From positions 50,366,742 to 50,430,741 of the forward strand of contig NC_068982.1 in the NCBI RefSeq assembly GCF_001194135.2: a DNA stretch of 64,000 nt, given 5' to 3'. The translations under genes and the position numbers were made by a program. The notes under the pieces were generated by a model, which saw nothing but the letters and a program-made list of their open reading frames with translations, had not been told where the DNA came from and searched no databases. This document shows positions 14,132-24,833 of the stretch, piece by piece; position 1 is the first letter of the stretch, and each line of letters starts with the position of its first letter. The DNA is from Octopus bimaculoides. Taxonomy: Eukaryota.

Positions 14132-15100
14132 GGTGCAAGCATGGCAGTGTAGTAAGAAGCTTGCTTCCCAACCACATGGTTCCAGGTTCAGTCCTGCTGT
14201 GTGGCACCTTGGGCAAGTAGCTTCTGCTATATCTTTGGACTGACCTAAGCCTTGAGTGGATTTGATAGACAGAAACTGAAAGAAGCCTGTCATATAAATA
14301 CATATATATATATATGTCTGTGTGTGTGCATTTGTGTATCTTTGTGTCTGTGTTTGTCCCCCCACCACCGTTCCACAACTGGTGTTGGTTTGTTTGTCCC
14401 TGTAGCTTAGCGGTTTGGCAAAAAGAGTCCAATAGAATAAGTTCCAGGGTCGATTCATCGGATCTATTTTAAAACGGGGGCCACATTTTTCATTAATGTT
14501 TTACGTAGTGTTTTTGGTACCGAAAGACTTTCAAACTTCATATACTTATCTATTTTGTGTTATAGAACAGAAAAATATTTTTGTATTCGAATTTATTTCA
14601 TGTAAAAAATTGTCTTATTTCGATAATTTCAACCAATCACTGACAAGTATTCAGTTGTTTACATTTACTCCTTTGGCTGATTAAGCGATGTAAAGCGTAT
14701 TTAATCTCCATACCTTCGTTTTATTTGCTTTTTTCATTTTAAATTTGCTTTAACCCTAACCCTAACCCTAACCTTAGGGTTAGGGTTAATTGTTTCAGAA
14801 TCGTTTGTTTATGTAGTCGGCACTTAATGTATATCGGCTGAATGGACATCAGTGATTGGTTGAAATTACAGAAATACAACTTTAACATGGAATAACTTAG
14901 GGATTTCTTTTTTTTTTAAGAAGACTAAGAGAAAAAGATGTTTTATATGACGCATTCTACCAGTGTTCCAAGTTTCAAAGTGTTTCGTTAATGAAAAATG
15001 TGGCCCCCCGTTTTAAAAAAGATCCGATTCATCTAACTAAAAGTTCTCCTTGGCAGTGCCCTAGCATGACCACAATCTAATGACTGAAACAGATAAAAGA
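14132..15100 (+). mobile_element. SINE family A interrupted by the telomere-core TIR element
   Basis: Head to GGGGTCGATTCAT at 14132-14458; tail resumes at 15033. Confidence 0.8.
14459..15026. mobile_element. TIR element (MITE-like) with inner inverted repeat and telomeric palindromic core
   Basis: About 38-bp TIRs (CGGATCTATTTTAAAACGGGGGCCACATTTTTCATTAA), 6-bp TSD ATTCAT (14453-58 / 15027-32), perfect 19-bp inner IR at 14625-43 / 14849-67, and (TAACCC)n-(TTAGGG)n at 14750-14789. Inserted into a SINE. Confidence 0.85.
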
Positions 15101-16587
15101 ATATGATTTTTTTTTTGCTTTTCATTTTTATTATCACCTTTTATCTCGTATTTTGAATTTTCTAATAATTCTTAGTAGTTTTTGCACTATTTTACTCAGA
15201 TAGAATGTTAACCTTAGAAATACTACATTATTTAACAAATCCTATCTTGTTCTGTTTGTTTCTGTGGTGATAGTATTTTGTACTAAAAGAAGAGAATAAC
15301 AGTGGAATTTGAGTGACAAAACTGATTATTCATATTCAGACTATGTTAGTTTATGCCCTTGTCAGTTATCAGCAATAATTAACTAAGATTTGTTGCCACA
15401 AAGCATATAATCAGGACAAAATAGTATCAAAAATATATACATAAATACAGTGTAGAGATGGGGCTGGGTTCCCTGAGAAAATCTGCACTTTGCCTGCTGC
15501 AAGGCATCAATTGTCAAGTGATCAATCTTAATTCACACCAGATACATCATAATAACAGGGACTATAAAAGCATTATTGCTTTATTTGATTTTTTTTTCTC
15601 CCTTTCCCTTCCTCTTAGCTATCAGTTCTTCCTCATGTGAGAAGCTTGGTCATACTGGGAGTCAGTGAAACGAGGCTCTCTCAAACTTTCTGTTAACCTC
15701 TTATATAATTTTACTTATTACTGCTTCACTCTTAGTCTAACCTTTCACAAACTGACTGACCCTTTTCTTCCTGCTTAGATAAATTAAGAGACTGTAGTTT
15801 ATCATCTGTATATTCTTTAAAAAAAAAAAAAAAAAAAAAAAAGAAAAGAAAGAAAAAAAGGAATATTTTGTTTTTATGTACTATTAGTTAGGTATGTGTA
15901 CTTTATACAAAAACAAATTAGACATTAATGTATGGGGGCATATGTTTTCATTTAAGATGTCCATATGTTGCGACCTTTTTTCGCTCCTAATGCACTAATT
16001 ATGGAGTAGTTCTTCTCCCTTATTAAGTCTGCTTAATGAGTGTTATCTGTTATTTCTAAATTACGATGCTTGCCTAAAATGAGTTTGTTGATAATAAGCA
16101 GTTTTGTTAAATATATAACACACTTTGTTCACTTGCAATAATTTTTTCCTCATTTTACACACACACACACCAATGGTTTTTGTAAAATGAAACAATATAC
16201 AAAATGTGGGATTTCATATTTTTACTTATTGTTTATTTTTGCTATTCAATTTGTTTTCTAATACCAACTTTGTGTATGTACATGTGTGTGTGCAATAGCA
16301 TATATTTTAACAAGATTTGAATTCAATTAACCAGAAGCTTGTATGCACACACATACACAACACACACACACATCATATGTAACTTGTATTCCTACAAGTT
16401 CTCACTTTTAAGGTATGCATCCTTATTTTCTTAACCACAACTAAGTAAGGTCTTACTGACTGATAATGTAATAAAGTGCTCCGCTTGTTATCGCTCATTA
16501 GATTTATTTATGATATGAACTTGGACACTGCCCATAAATATAATAGAGAGAGAAATAGATATATATATATGTGTGTGTGTGTGTGTG

Positions 16588-16631
<44 letters not shown>

Positions 16632-16646
16632 AATATATATACACAC

Positions 16647-16677
<31 letters not shown>

Positions 16678-17038
16678 AACTGTTATAATTACTGATGCCA
16701 AGGTTTAGGTAATGTTATAAAAAAAAAGTTTTTGAAAAGTGTCATGATAATAATGAATAGTGCTCTCATTTTCAGGAAACTTTTATGAGAATTTTGTGAC
16801 CCATGGATATTTCTCTACCCTGCTCCCTCTTCTTGAAAATCATTTTCAGATGTAATGCTCCAGAAAAGGTTAAAGTAAAATAGGGCAAAAAAAAAAAATT
16901 CTTTAATAAAAAAGAAAAAAAAAAGCATGCTCAGGAACTTCTAAACCAATTTATTTTTGTATTCCTTATGTAATACTTTTCTATTTGTCTTCCCACATCA
17001 TGAGTATTTGCTTTAGCTCTAATTATTTTTCTTTTCAG

Positions 17039-17095
17039 AATCCCTCTCATGTATAAAAAAATATTTACTTGTGTTTTCAACAGTTATTGTTGTTG
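17039..17095 (+). CDS. Candidate signal-peptide exon of the Ly6 gene
   Basis: TTTTCTTTTCAG acceptor (17037-38). 57-nt phase 1-1 exon encoding SLSCIKKYLLVFSTVIVV(V), which joined to 23114 gives KKYLLVFSTVIVVVYINSVQA, a typical n/h/c signal peptide. The donor TTG|GTAGTT is weak and the local ATG (17049) is out of frame. Confidence 0.55.
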
Positions 17096-17487
17096 GTAGT
17101 TATCTCTACGACCATCCAGATTTAAACATTGCTGTATTCATTCATTGTGTAATGAAGGGTACTTTTTGAAATGTGTTTTGTTTTTGTCAGATAACAGATA
17201 GTGTGATTTGAAGGAGATTTTTCTCTTTCTGGCAAATTTCAAAGATTTTGTTTTGGGCTTTATTTAACATCTTCATCATTTAATGTCCACACTTTTCCAT
17301 GCTTGCATAAGCCAGTTGGATGCCTTTCTTGCCTCCAATCCTCACCTGTTTCCAGCAAGGTGAAATGGCCAAACATGCTTTTGTGGAAGACTGGAAGCAA
17401 ACAGCCTCACTTTTATGATGATGATGATGTTCATTTACAACCATCATGTAATGTCAAAACAAGGTTACACACATAAACATATAATGC

Positions 17488-17720
17488 CTGAGAGACCTGC
17501 ATGGTGTGGATGTAACTGTCTTCAAAACAAAACTGGATTTCCTCCTGTCAAGGGTTCCACGTGAGCCTACCTCATGGCAGGAAACAGATGAGGGCAGCAG
17601 CATCAAATTCCCTTATTCACCAAATGTCACATATCAGAGGAGGTTTCAAATATTGGTGTAGCACAACCAGTGGTGGTGCCCCAGCATAACTACAGCTTTG
17701 AAGCTGAAACAATTTAAAGG
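17488..17720 (+). mobile_element. CR1-group LINE 3' end remnant
   Basis: LRDLHGVDVTVFKTKLDFLLSRVP.EPT followed (frameshift) by MRAAASNSLIHQ, resembling CR1/L2-group C-termini (FKxKLD..L..VPDEP). Confidence 0.6.
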
Positions 17721-20700
17721 GTTAAAGATTTATATATGTGTATGTTTGTGTGTGTGACAGTTTCTTTCAGTTTCCATCTATCAAATCCACTCATAAGCTT
17801 TTGGTCAGCCTGGAACTTTAATCAAAGACACTTGTTCAAGGTGCCATACTCTGGGAGTGAACCCAAAACCACGTATTTGGAAAGTAAGCTTCTCAACTAC
17901 ACAACTATAGCTGTACCTATATGTGTGTGTGTGTGTGCGTGTGTGTATGGTGCCACGTAAACACCCATACAGTACTACATGAAAGCACTCAGCTCACTCT
18001 GTAAAGTTGGTATTAAGAAGGGCATCCTGCTGTAGAAACCATGCCAAATCAGACTGGAATCTGGTGCAGCTCCCCAGCTTACCAGCTCTGGTCAAACTGT
18101 CTAACCCATACCAACATGGACAACAGATGTTAAATGATGATGACGACGATGATGAGATATATATTGGAGATATCTGCTTAAAATGTTTGACTTTATCATT
18201 GAGAATATATCAACCAAATAAACATGTGTCATTTCAAAATGATATAGGTAGATGCAGACAGCTATGTGCTTAAGAAGTTTACTTTACTACATGGTTCTAA
18301 ATTTGATCTCATGGTATGGCATCTTGGACAAGTATCTTCTATTGTAGCCTTTAGTTAAGGAAGGTTTTGTAGGTGGAATTTGGTAGACAGAAACTGTGAA
18401 AACCTATCATTTTGTGTGTATGCATGTCTGTTTTTGTATATATTGTAATAAAATACTGACGTTAAGTTGCATCCTTTTATGCCAGAAGTTAACTTAGCCA
18501 TTCAATAAAATAGGTACAGTGAGTGAGGAGTCTGTATTTTATTTCACCTGATATAATATAATCACTTTAATGATGCTTTTGTGATTATTTTCATTTCACC
18601 AACTTTTGATGCTTGAAGACAAGTTACTGAGAGCAGCAAAGAATTCTTCTAACTTGTATCAGTCAGTTGTGATTTCCTGTTGTTTTTCTCAGTTTCATGA
18701 ATGGAAAGTGTTTGTTCACATCAGTACATTGTTGTTAAATGACAGATATGACTATGGGCAAATTTTCTTGGTTCAGAAAAATGTTTATAGAACCTGTGAT
18801 CACCAGAAATTAATCATGTCAGCAACATTTGGAACCGAGAGAAAAACCTCATTAAATCCCATTTTCAATAATGAACTTGTTTGCAAGTCAATAAATTCAA
18901 TTTGTATGCTACCAGGCAGCATTTCATGAATTTTGTTCACTAAGTGAAAATGGATTTTAAACACAAGTATGTGTTGTCTTTTGTAGTAATTCACAAAAGG
19001 GATTTTTGAATGCATCTTCCCAATAACCTGATTTTTTGCAACATGTTTTGTAAAATTACTATTATCCTAGCACATTCACCTTGCTCTTCTTTTAAGTGAA
19101 GAAGCTGGTTCAATTCCTTTATTTTCTAGCTAAGTGATGACCAGTTTTAATATCATCATCCAAACCTTTGCCAATTTGCTGTGCTTGAGAAGACTCATCA
19201 GTCAGTGCCAGTGACAATCTCACCATGCTGGTGACACATAAAAGGCACCCACTACACTCTTGGAGTGGTTGGTGTTAGGAAAGATATCCAGCCATAGAAA
19301 CCAAGGCAAATCAGACCGAAGCCTGGCACAGCTCTTCGGCTTACCAGTCCCAGTCAAACTGTCTAGCTTCTGCCAGCATGGAAAATGGATGTTAAATGAT
19401 GTTGACAATGATGATGACTATCATCTATTAACTTGGGAAACAATTTGTTCTTGCTCTGCAATTTCAAATTTTAGATCATGGAGATGGCTGGTAGCATAAA
19501 CAAAAACTGCTAAACCAAATTGCTGATTGTTATCCATTTCTTCTAATAAATTTTCTTCTAATAAAAAATTTACAAACATACATTTCTTTCAGTTTACCAA
19601 ATCTACTCAGGGGGGCAGATAACAAAGTGTTGCCTTACTCCACAACCAGTGAACTAATGTAACACTCTTCATTCAGATTTTAAGAACTCTAGAGGATTTG
19701 TGCAGTTCCAAGCAACAGTTTTCTATAGATGCTTTATCTTCACATTTACTCTTATTTTCATTATCTTTACATTTACTCCTATCTAATATTATTATTGTTA
19801 TTTTGCTGAACTCCCTATTATCAGTTTGCTGCTCAGGTATTATAGGCATAAATGATTCTTTTCATAAAAAAAGTAGATGGTATAATTTTGTCAGGTCTAT
19901 AAGAATTAATTTTTAAAAATGGAGGAGTGTACAATTTTCTTATTGTATCTGTTTTTATTTAGGTGTGTAATATTTCACATCATCATCATTGTTTAATGTC
20001 TGCCTTCAATGCTGACATGGGTTGGACAGTTTGACAAGAGCCAACCAGGTAGAAGACTACACCAGGCTTCTGTATCTGTTTTGGCATGGTTTTTACCGCT
20101 AGATGCTCTTCTTAACACTAACCACCCCACTGAGTGGACTGAATGCTTTTTACATGGCACCAGCCATCTATTATTGCAAAAATAAACATATACATTGGTT
20201 TGTTTCTAGAAATATTTTGTTTTAGTCTGTACAACCTATATGAAAATTGGCAACTTATTAATCAACTAATAACTCTACTTTGCAGTTTCAATTTTCTTCT
20301 TAAAAAAAAGAAGCCTTTCAGTAATTGTATAGGTCATCTTCTTTTCAGTAATTCCATTCTGTCATCAGTGTTCCAGTAGTCATTCTTTGTTTCTGATTCA
20401 CACTTTTTCCACAATTCTTTCCATTTTATCTCCTACATTTTCTGTCTGTAGAATTCAAAATCTCAAATCTGACAGCCAATCCATCAAAGCAACATTTTTC
20501 TCTTCAAATCATCTTTACTAGTCTTGGCAGCTTGATAGTTGTTGCCTTTATCCATGAAGAATCTTAACACTTCTTTTTTACTTTTCTTATCTTCTCTTTT
20601 CATTCAGTCTGAGATATTTTGATGATTGAGCATCTGTGTGTATTGCTTTTCATAGTTCAGTAAATATTCATTTTGTGATATACATAGCACTATTCTAAAA

Positions 20701-21711
20701 CGGTCAGTAAAATGACTTATCAAGCCCATTTAAAAAAAGAAAAGAAAAAAATTATGAAAATAAACAAGGCCATTCTAATTTTAGATTTCCAAAAATCTTT
20801 GAGGATACTTAAAAATATTTATATATTCCTAAACATTCAATTTGAAGAAGCCAACTGAGTGAAGACCTAGGGGAAGACCATAAACAAGATGGTCAGGTAA
20901 AACTGGTAGTTTCAGTCACTGAAAGAAGCTCACCCTGTATGTATATGTCTATATCTATGTATGTATGTGTACGTTACTGTCTCCTTGCCTTGACATCATA
21001 TTATAGTTGTAAATGAATGTCACCATCGCACCAGCAGTGTCTTTTGTTTCCAATCTTTCATGAAAACATGTCTAACCACAGGGAAATATCAACTTACTTG
21101 GAAATGGGTGGGAGTTGATGACAAGAGAGGTATCCAGCTGTAGAAAATCTACCTCAGCAGATTCCATCCAACCCAGGTGAACATAGAAAAGTGGACATTA
21201 AAACAATGATAGTGTGCTTGTGTGTGTGTGTGTGTGTGTGTGCGAATGCTTATAGTCTGCACTGAGCTATCTCTCTGCATGTTGAATCTCTGTTTGCAGC
21301 TCAGTGACGAATGGTGACATCACTGTTTGTGGGTGGGCTGCAACTTGTGACAATTGTTAAAATATCCTGTCAACAGATCGTCTGCTCACTCTGTACTTGC
21401 AAATTCTTCTGGACTGAAACAGCCCTTGCTTGAAAAACAAGTAATGGTTGACAAGAAGAAGAGCATCTGTCTGTAAAAATTCAGCTTCTATTACTTCAGC
21501 TTCTAAAGCAGTGCTAACATGGAGAAAAACTAGCATTAACTGAATGAATGAACAATTTCAAAGAAAATTAGCAAAGAAAGAGAGAAAAGAGCTAAATTAT
21601 GAGATTTTAACTTACCAAACAAATTTTCAATAAATCTAGTTGTAACAAAAATAAAAATAGTGTACATTATTTACATTTAACAGATATTTGTCCTCATCTT
21701 GTTTGTTGTTA

Positions 21712-21755
21712 ACACAATGTTTTGGCTGATATACCCTCCAGCCTTCTTCAGGTGT
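21712..21755 (-). ncRNA. Degenerate hammerhead ribozyme
   Basis: ACAC CUGAAGA A GGCUG-gagggtatat-CAGCC AAAAC AUU GUGU. G12 and G16.2 appear mutated to A, both at former CpGs. Confidence 0.65.
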
Positions 21756-21950
21756 CATGGGGAAATTTCGAACCTGGGTTCTCATTCCTAAGGTATTTTT
21801 CGATGTTATTATTATTATTGTTCAAGTCACTGCTTGGAATTGAACTCGGAATCTTAGGGTTAGTAGTCCATGCTCTTAATCACTACACCATATGCCCATG
21901 GGCATATGGCATGGTGGTTTGAAATTTCCCAGGTTTGAAATTTCCCCAAG

Positions 21951-21994
21951 ACACCTGAAGAAGGCTGGAGGGTATATCAGCCTGAATGTTGTGT
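21951..21994 (+). ncRNA. Degenerate hammerhead ribozyme
   Basis: ACAC CUGAAGA A GGCUG-gagggtatat-CAGCC UGAAU GUU GUGU. The GAAAC segment is corrupted. Confidence 0.6.
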
Positions 21995-22441
21995 TAACAA
22001 CAAACAAATGAGGACAATTATCCATCGAATGTAAATAATGTACACTATTATTATTGTTGTCATCATCATCATCGTTGTTGTTGTTAGTATTATTGTAATA
22101 TACATTCTGGTAATTGAAAACACTAATTAAGAATTGAAAAAGCAACCCTTATTTTTCAAGGCATGAAAGAAATTTACAAAATTAAAGAATCTGTCTAACA
22201 CAATCTTTAGTTTTATAAGTCAATAGATAAGTTATAGTTCAGTGTTTTGCTTATGGTTTGTAGAATTAACTGACTTTTCACCAAATGTCTGTTAAACTGA
22301 TTCTCAAGACATTTATTTTACTCAATATCTCATTCATCTTCATCTGATAGTCTTTTTAATTTTGGTTATGTCCTTGTGTTTTTTTCTTATTGTTGTTATA
22401 TTTAATTGATTTCAGGACAAAATGATTGATTGCAACTTGTC

Positions 22442-22488
<47 letters not shown>

Positions 22489-22570
22489 ACAAAAACAAAA
22501 TAGAAACTACATGTGGAAATGTAAGGGGAAAGTAAGAAGAAAAATAAGTGAAAATGCACACACACACACA

Positions 22571-22609
<39 letters not shown>

Positions 22610-22719
22610 AAGTAACACCTATGCTTAAAGATAGGTTTTTGCAAGACAAATATCAAAGTGGTCCATGCTATTTGAAATAGTTTCTTTTTCTTCTCTTTTT
22701 TGCTCTCTAATTTACAGTT

Positions 22720-23070
22720 GCAAATATGGCTGTACAGTTAAGAAGCTCTCTTTGGGACCATATGGTTTCAGGTTCAGTCTCATTGCAGGGCACCTTGGGC
22801 AAGTGTCTTGTAGTATAGCTCCAATCCAGCCCTACCAAAGCCTTGTGAGTGAATTTGGCTGACAGAAACTGTATGGAGAAACGGTGTGCATGCTTGTGTG
22901 TGTGTGTGTGTTTCTGCTTATATTTATTCTCCCATACCACTTGACAACCGGTGTTGGTTTGCTTATGTTGGCAAAAAGGACCAATTAAATACAGTACCAG
23001 GCTTTAAAAAAAAACATTTTTTAAGTATTGGGGTCAATGACTGGAATAAGTATAAGGTAAAAAGATAAAC
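22720..23070 (+). mobile_element. SINE family A immediately upstream of the 23114 acceptor
   Basis: Homologous to 7850-8267. Confidence 0.75.
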
Positions 23071-23113
23071 CTTCTCTTACCTTTTCTGTTTTTTTCTCTT
23101 CCTCTCTTTGCAG

Positions 23114-23278
23114 TTTACATTAATTCTGTTCAAGCATTGAACTGCTATGTGTGCAATTCAACATTGGATGACAACTGCAATGCAAAATTTGAAAAGACTG
23201 AGATAAACCCTGTAAAGCCGCAACATTGTAATGTCTACAATGCCAAATATTGCATCAAAGTCTATGGAATGTGGGGAG
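23114..23278 (+). CDS. Ly6/uPAR (three-finger, QVR / U-scoloptoxin(05)-like) protein, internal exon: end of signal peptide plus N-half of the LU domain
   Basis: Long pyrimidine tract + TTTGCAG acceptor (AG 23112-13) and GAG|GTAAGT donor (23279). 165 nt, phase 1-1. Translates (V)YINSVQA|LNCYVCNSTLDDNCNAKFEKTEINPVKPQHCNVYNAKYCIKVYGMWG(G), with the typical LxCYxC start after a V-x-A signal-peptidase site. Confidence 0.93.
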
Positions 23279-23324
23279 GTAAGTTCTTGTTTGAAATTTG
23301 GCACATACATACATACAGATGAGG

Positions 23325-23669
23325 TGGAGGCGCAATGGCCCAGTGGTTAGGGCAACGGACTCGCAGTCATAGGATTGCGATTTCGATTCCCAGATCAGGA
23401 GTTGTGAGTGTTTATTGAGCGAAAACACCTAAAGCTCCACAAGGCTCCGGTAGGGGATGGTGGCGAACCCTGCTGTACTCTTTCACCACAACACTCTCTC
23501 ACTCTTACTTCCTGTTTCTGTTGTACCTGTAATTCAAAAGGCCAGCCTTGTCACACTGTGTCACGCTGAATATCCCTGAGAACTACGTTAAGAGTACACG
23601 TGTCTGTGGAGTGCTCAGCCACTTGCACATTAATTTCACGAGCAGGCTGTTCCGTTGATTGGATCAACT
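23325..23669 (+). mobile_element. tRNA-derived SINE (family B), cut by an assembly gap
   Basis: Closely matches 37394-37778 along its length. Confidence 0.9.
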
Positions 23670-24002
23670 NNNNNNNNNNNNNNNNNNNNNNNNNNNNNNN
23701 NNNNNNNNNNNNNNNNNNNNNNNNNNNNNNNNNNNNNNNNNNNNNNNNNNNNNNNNNNNNNNNNNNNNNNNNNNNNNNNNNNNNNNNNNNNNNNNNNNNN
23801 NNNNNNNNNNNNNNNNNNNNNNNNNNNNNNNNNNNNNNNNNNNNNNNNNNNNNNNNNNNNNNNNNNNNNNNNNNNNNNNNNNNNNNNNNNNNNNNNNNNN
23901 NNNNNNNNNNNNNNNNNNNNNNNNNNNNNNNNNNNNNNNNNNNNNNNNNNNNNNNNNNNNNNNNNNNNNNNNNNNNNNNNNNNNNNNNNNNNNNNNNNNN
24001 NN
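23670..24002. other. Assembly gap; other gaps at 30773-30785, 35400-35565, 36028-36865, 52685-53527, 55116-55457
   Basis: Runs of N. Confidence 1.
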
Positions 24003-24024
24003 CCTCCACCCAGCCTAGCCTGCA

Positions 24025-24067
24025 TTCAGGGACATGTTTCTGAGTCTTTGCTCGTCATCAGCCTGAA
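24025..24067 (-). ncRNA. Minimal type I hammerhead ribozyme, inverted copy
   Basis: UUCAGG CUGAUGA CGAG-caaaga-CUCA GAAA C-AU-GUC^ CCUGAA on the - strand. Core intact, but with a C.A mismatch at the base of helix II. Confidence 0.75.
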
Positions 24068-24541
24068 GTAGCACGACCGGCTAGTTGAAGAAACCTGTTT
24101 AACCTTCGTAAGTATATACTATTTCAGTGAAATACATTCACTGGTAACAAAAATTAGAAATAATGAATTTCTAAATCTCTCAGAGAGACTTAAGCAGTAG
24201 TGATGCGATAAAGTAGTTGTATACTGCCAACTTAACAGGCTAGGCTGGGTGGAGGAGTTTGTCTCCCCTTCGTAAGGATAAGGGCACAGGAAATGTGCCA
24301 AGGCCTAATAGGAAGTGGTCTGGCTTCCTAGGGCTAAACATCAGTAGTATATTCCCTTATTGGGACTGTCACATTAAGTTGGCAGTATACAACTACTTTA
24401 TCGCATCACTACTGCTTAAGTCTCTCTGAGTGATTTAGAAATATATTATTTCTAAATTCTGTAATCAGTGAATGTATTTCACTGAAATAGTATATACTTA
24501 CGAAGGTTAAACAGATTTCTTCAGCTAGCCAGTCATACTAC

Positions 24542-24584
24542 TTCAGGCTGATGATGAGCAAAGACTCAGAAACATGTCCCTGAA
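24542..24584 (+). ncRNA. Minimal type I hammerhead ribozyme
   Basis: UUCAGG [CUGAUGA] UGAG-caaaga-CUCA [GAAA] C-AU-GUC^ CCUGAA. Helix I 6 bp, helix II 4 bp, minimal helix III with self-complementary ACAUGU. Predicted cut after 24578. Base pair 10.1-11.1 is U-A rather than the usual R-Y. Confidence 0.85.
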
Positions 24585-24751
24585 TGCAGGCTAGGCTGGG
24601 TGGAGGAGTTTGTCTCCCCTTCATAAGGATAAGGGCACAGGAAATGTGTCAAGGCCTAATAGGAAGCGGTCTGGCTTCCTAGGGCTAAACAGCAGTAGTA
24701 TATTCCCTTATTGGGACTGTCACGTTAAGTTGGCAGTATACAACTACTCTC

Positions 24752-24833
<82 letters not shown>

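Larger units (their letters stand above)
21656..22049. mobile_element. Head-to-head dimer of a tRNA-headed SINE-like element carrying a hammerhead motif
   Basis: Inverted arms about 21656-21780 and 21927-22049. Perfect 22-bp palindrome CCATATGCCCATGGGCATATGG at 21888-21909. The - strand half reads: tRNA-like head (A box TGGTGTAGTGA, B box GAGTTCAATTCC), (AAT)n, body, hammerhead, about 60-nt tail. The + half is internally deleted after the A box. Confidence 0.75.
24003..24748. mobile_element. Non-autonomous retrozyme / Penelope pseudo-LTR-like element: 351-bp tandem unit plus an inverted copy
   Basis: Direct repeat with period 351 (unit starts 24237 and 24588; second copy stops at 24748). 24003-24236 is the reverse complement of about 24373-24606. 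Copies differ partly by CpG transitions, so they are real duplicates. Each complete unit carries a hammerhead. No RT ORF. Left end runs into a gap. Confidence 0.8.

Noticed and set aside
21826-21898. tRNA-like sequence (also heads at 23325, 37394, 13719)
   Set aside because: No complete cloverleaf or acceptor stem, and each is fused to a repeat body. These are SINE heads, not tRNA genes.
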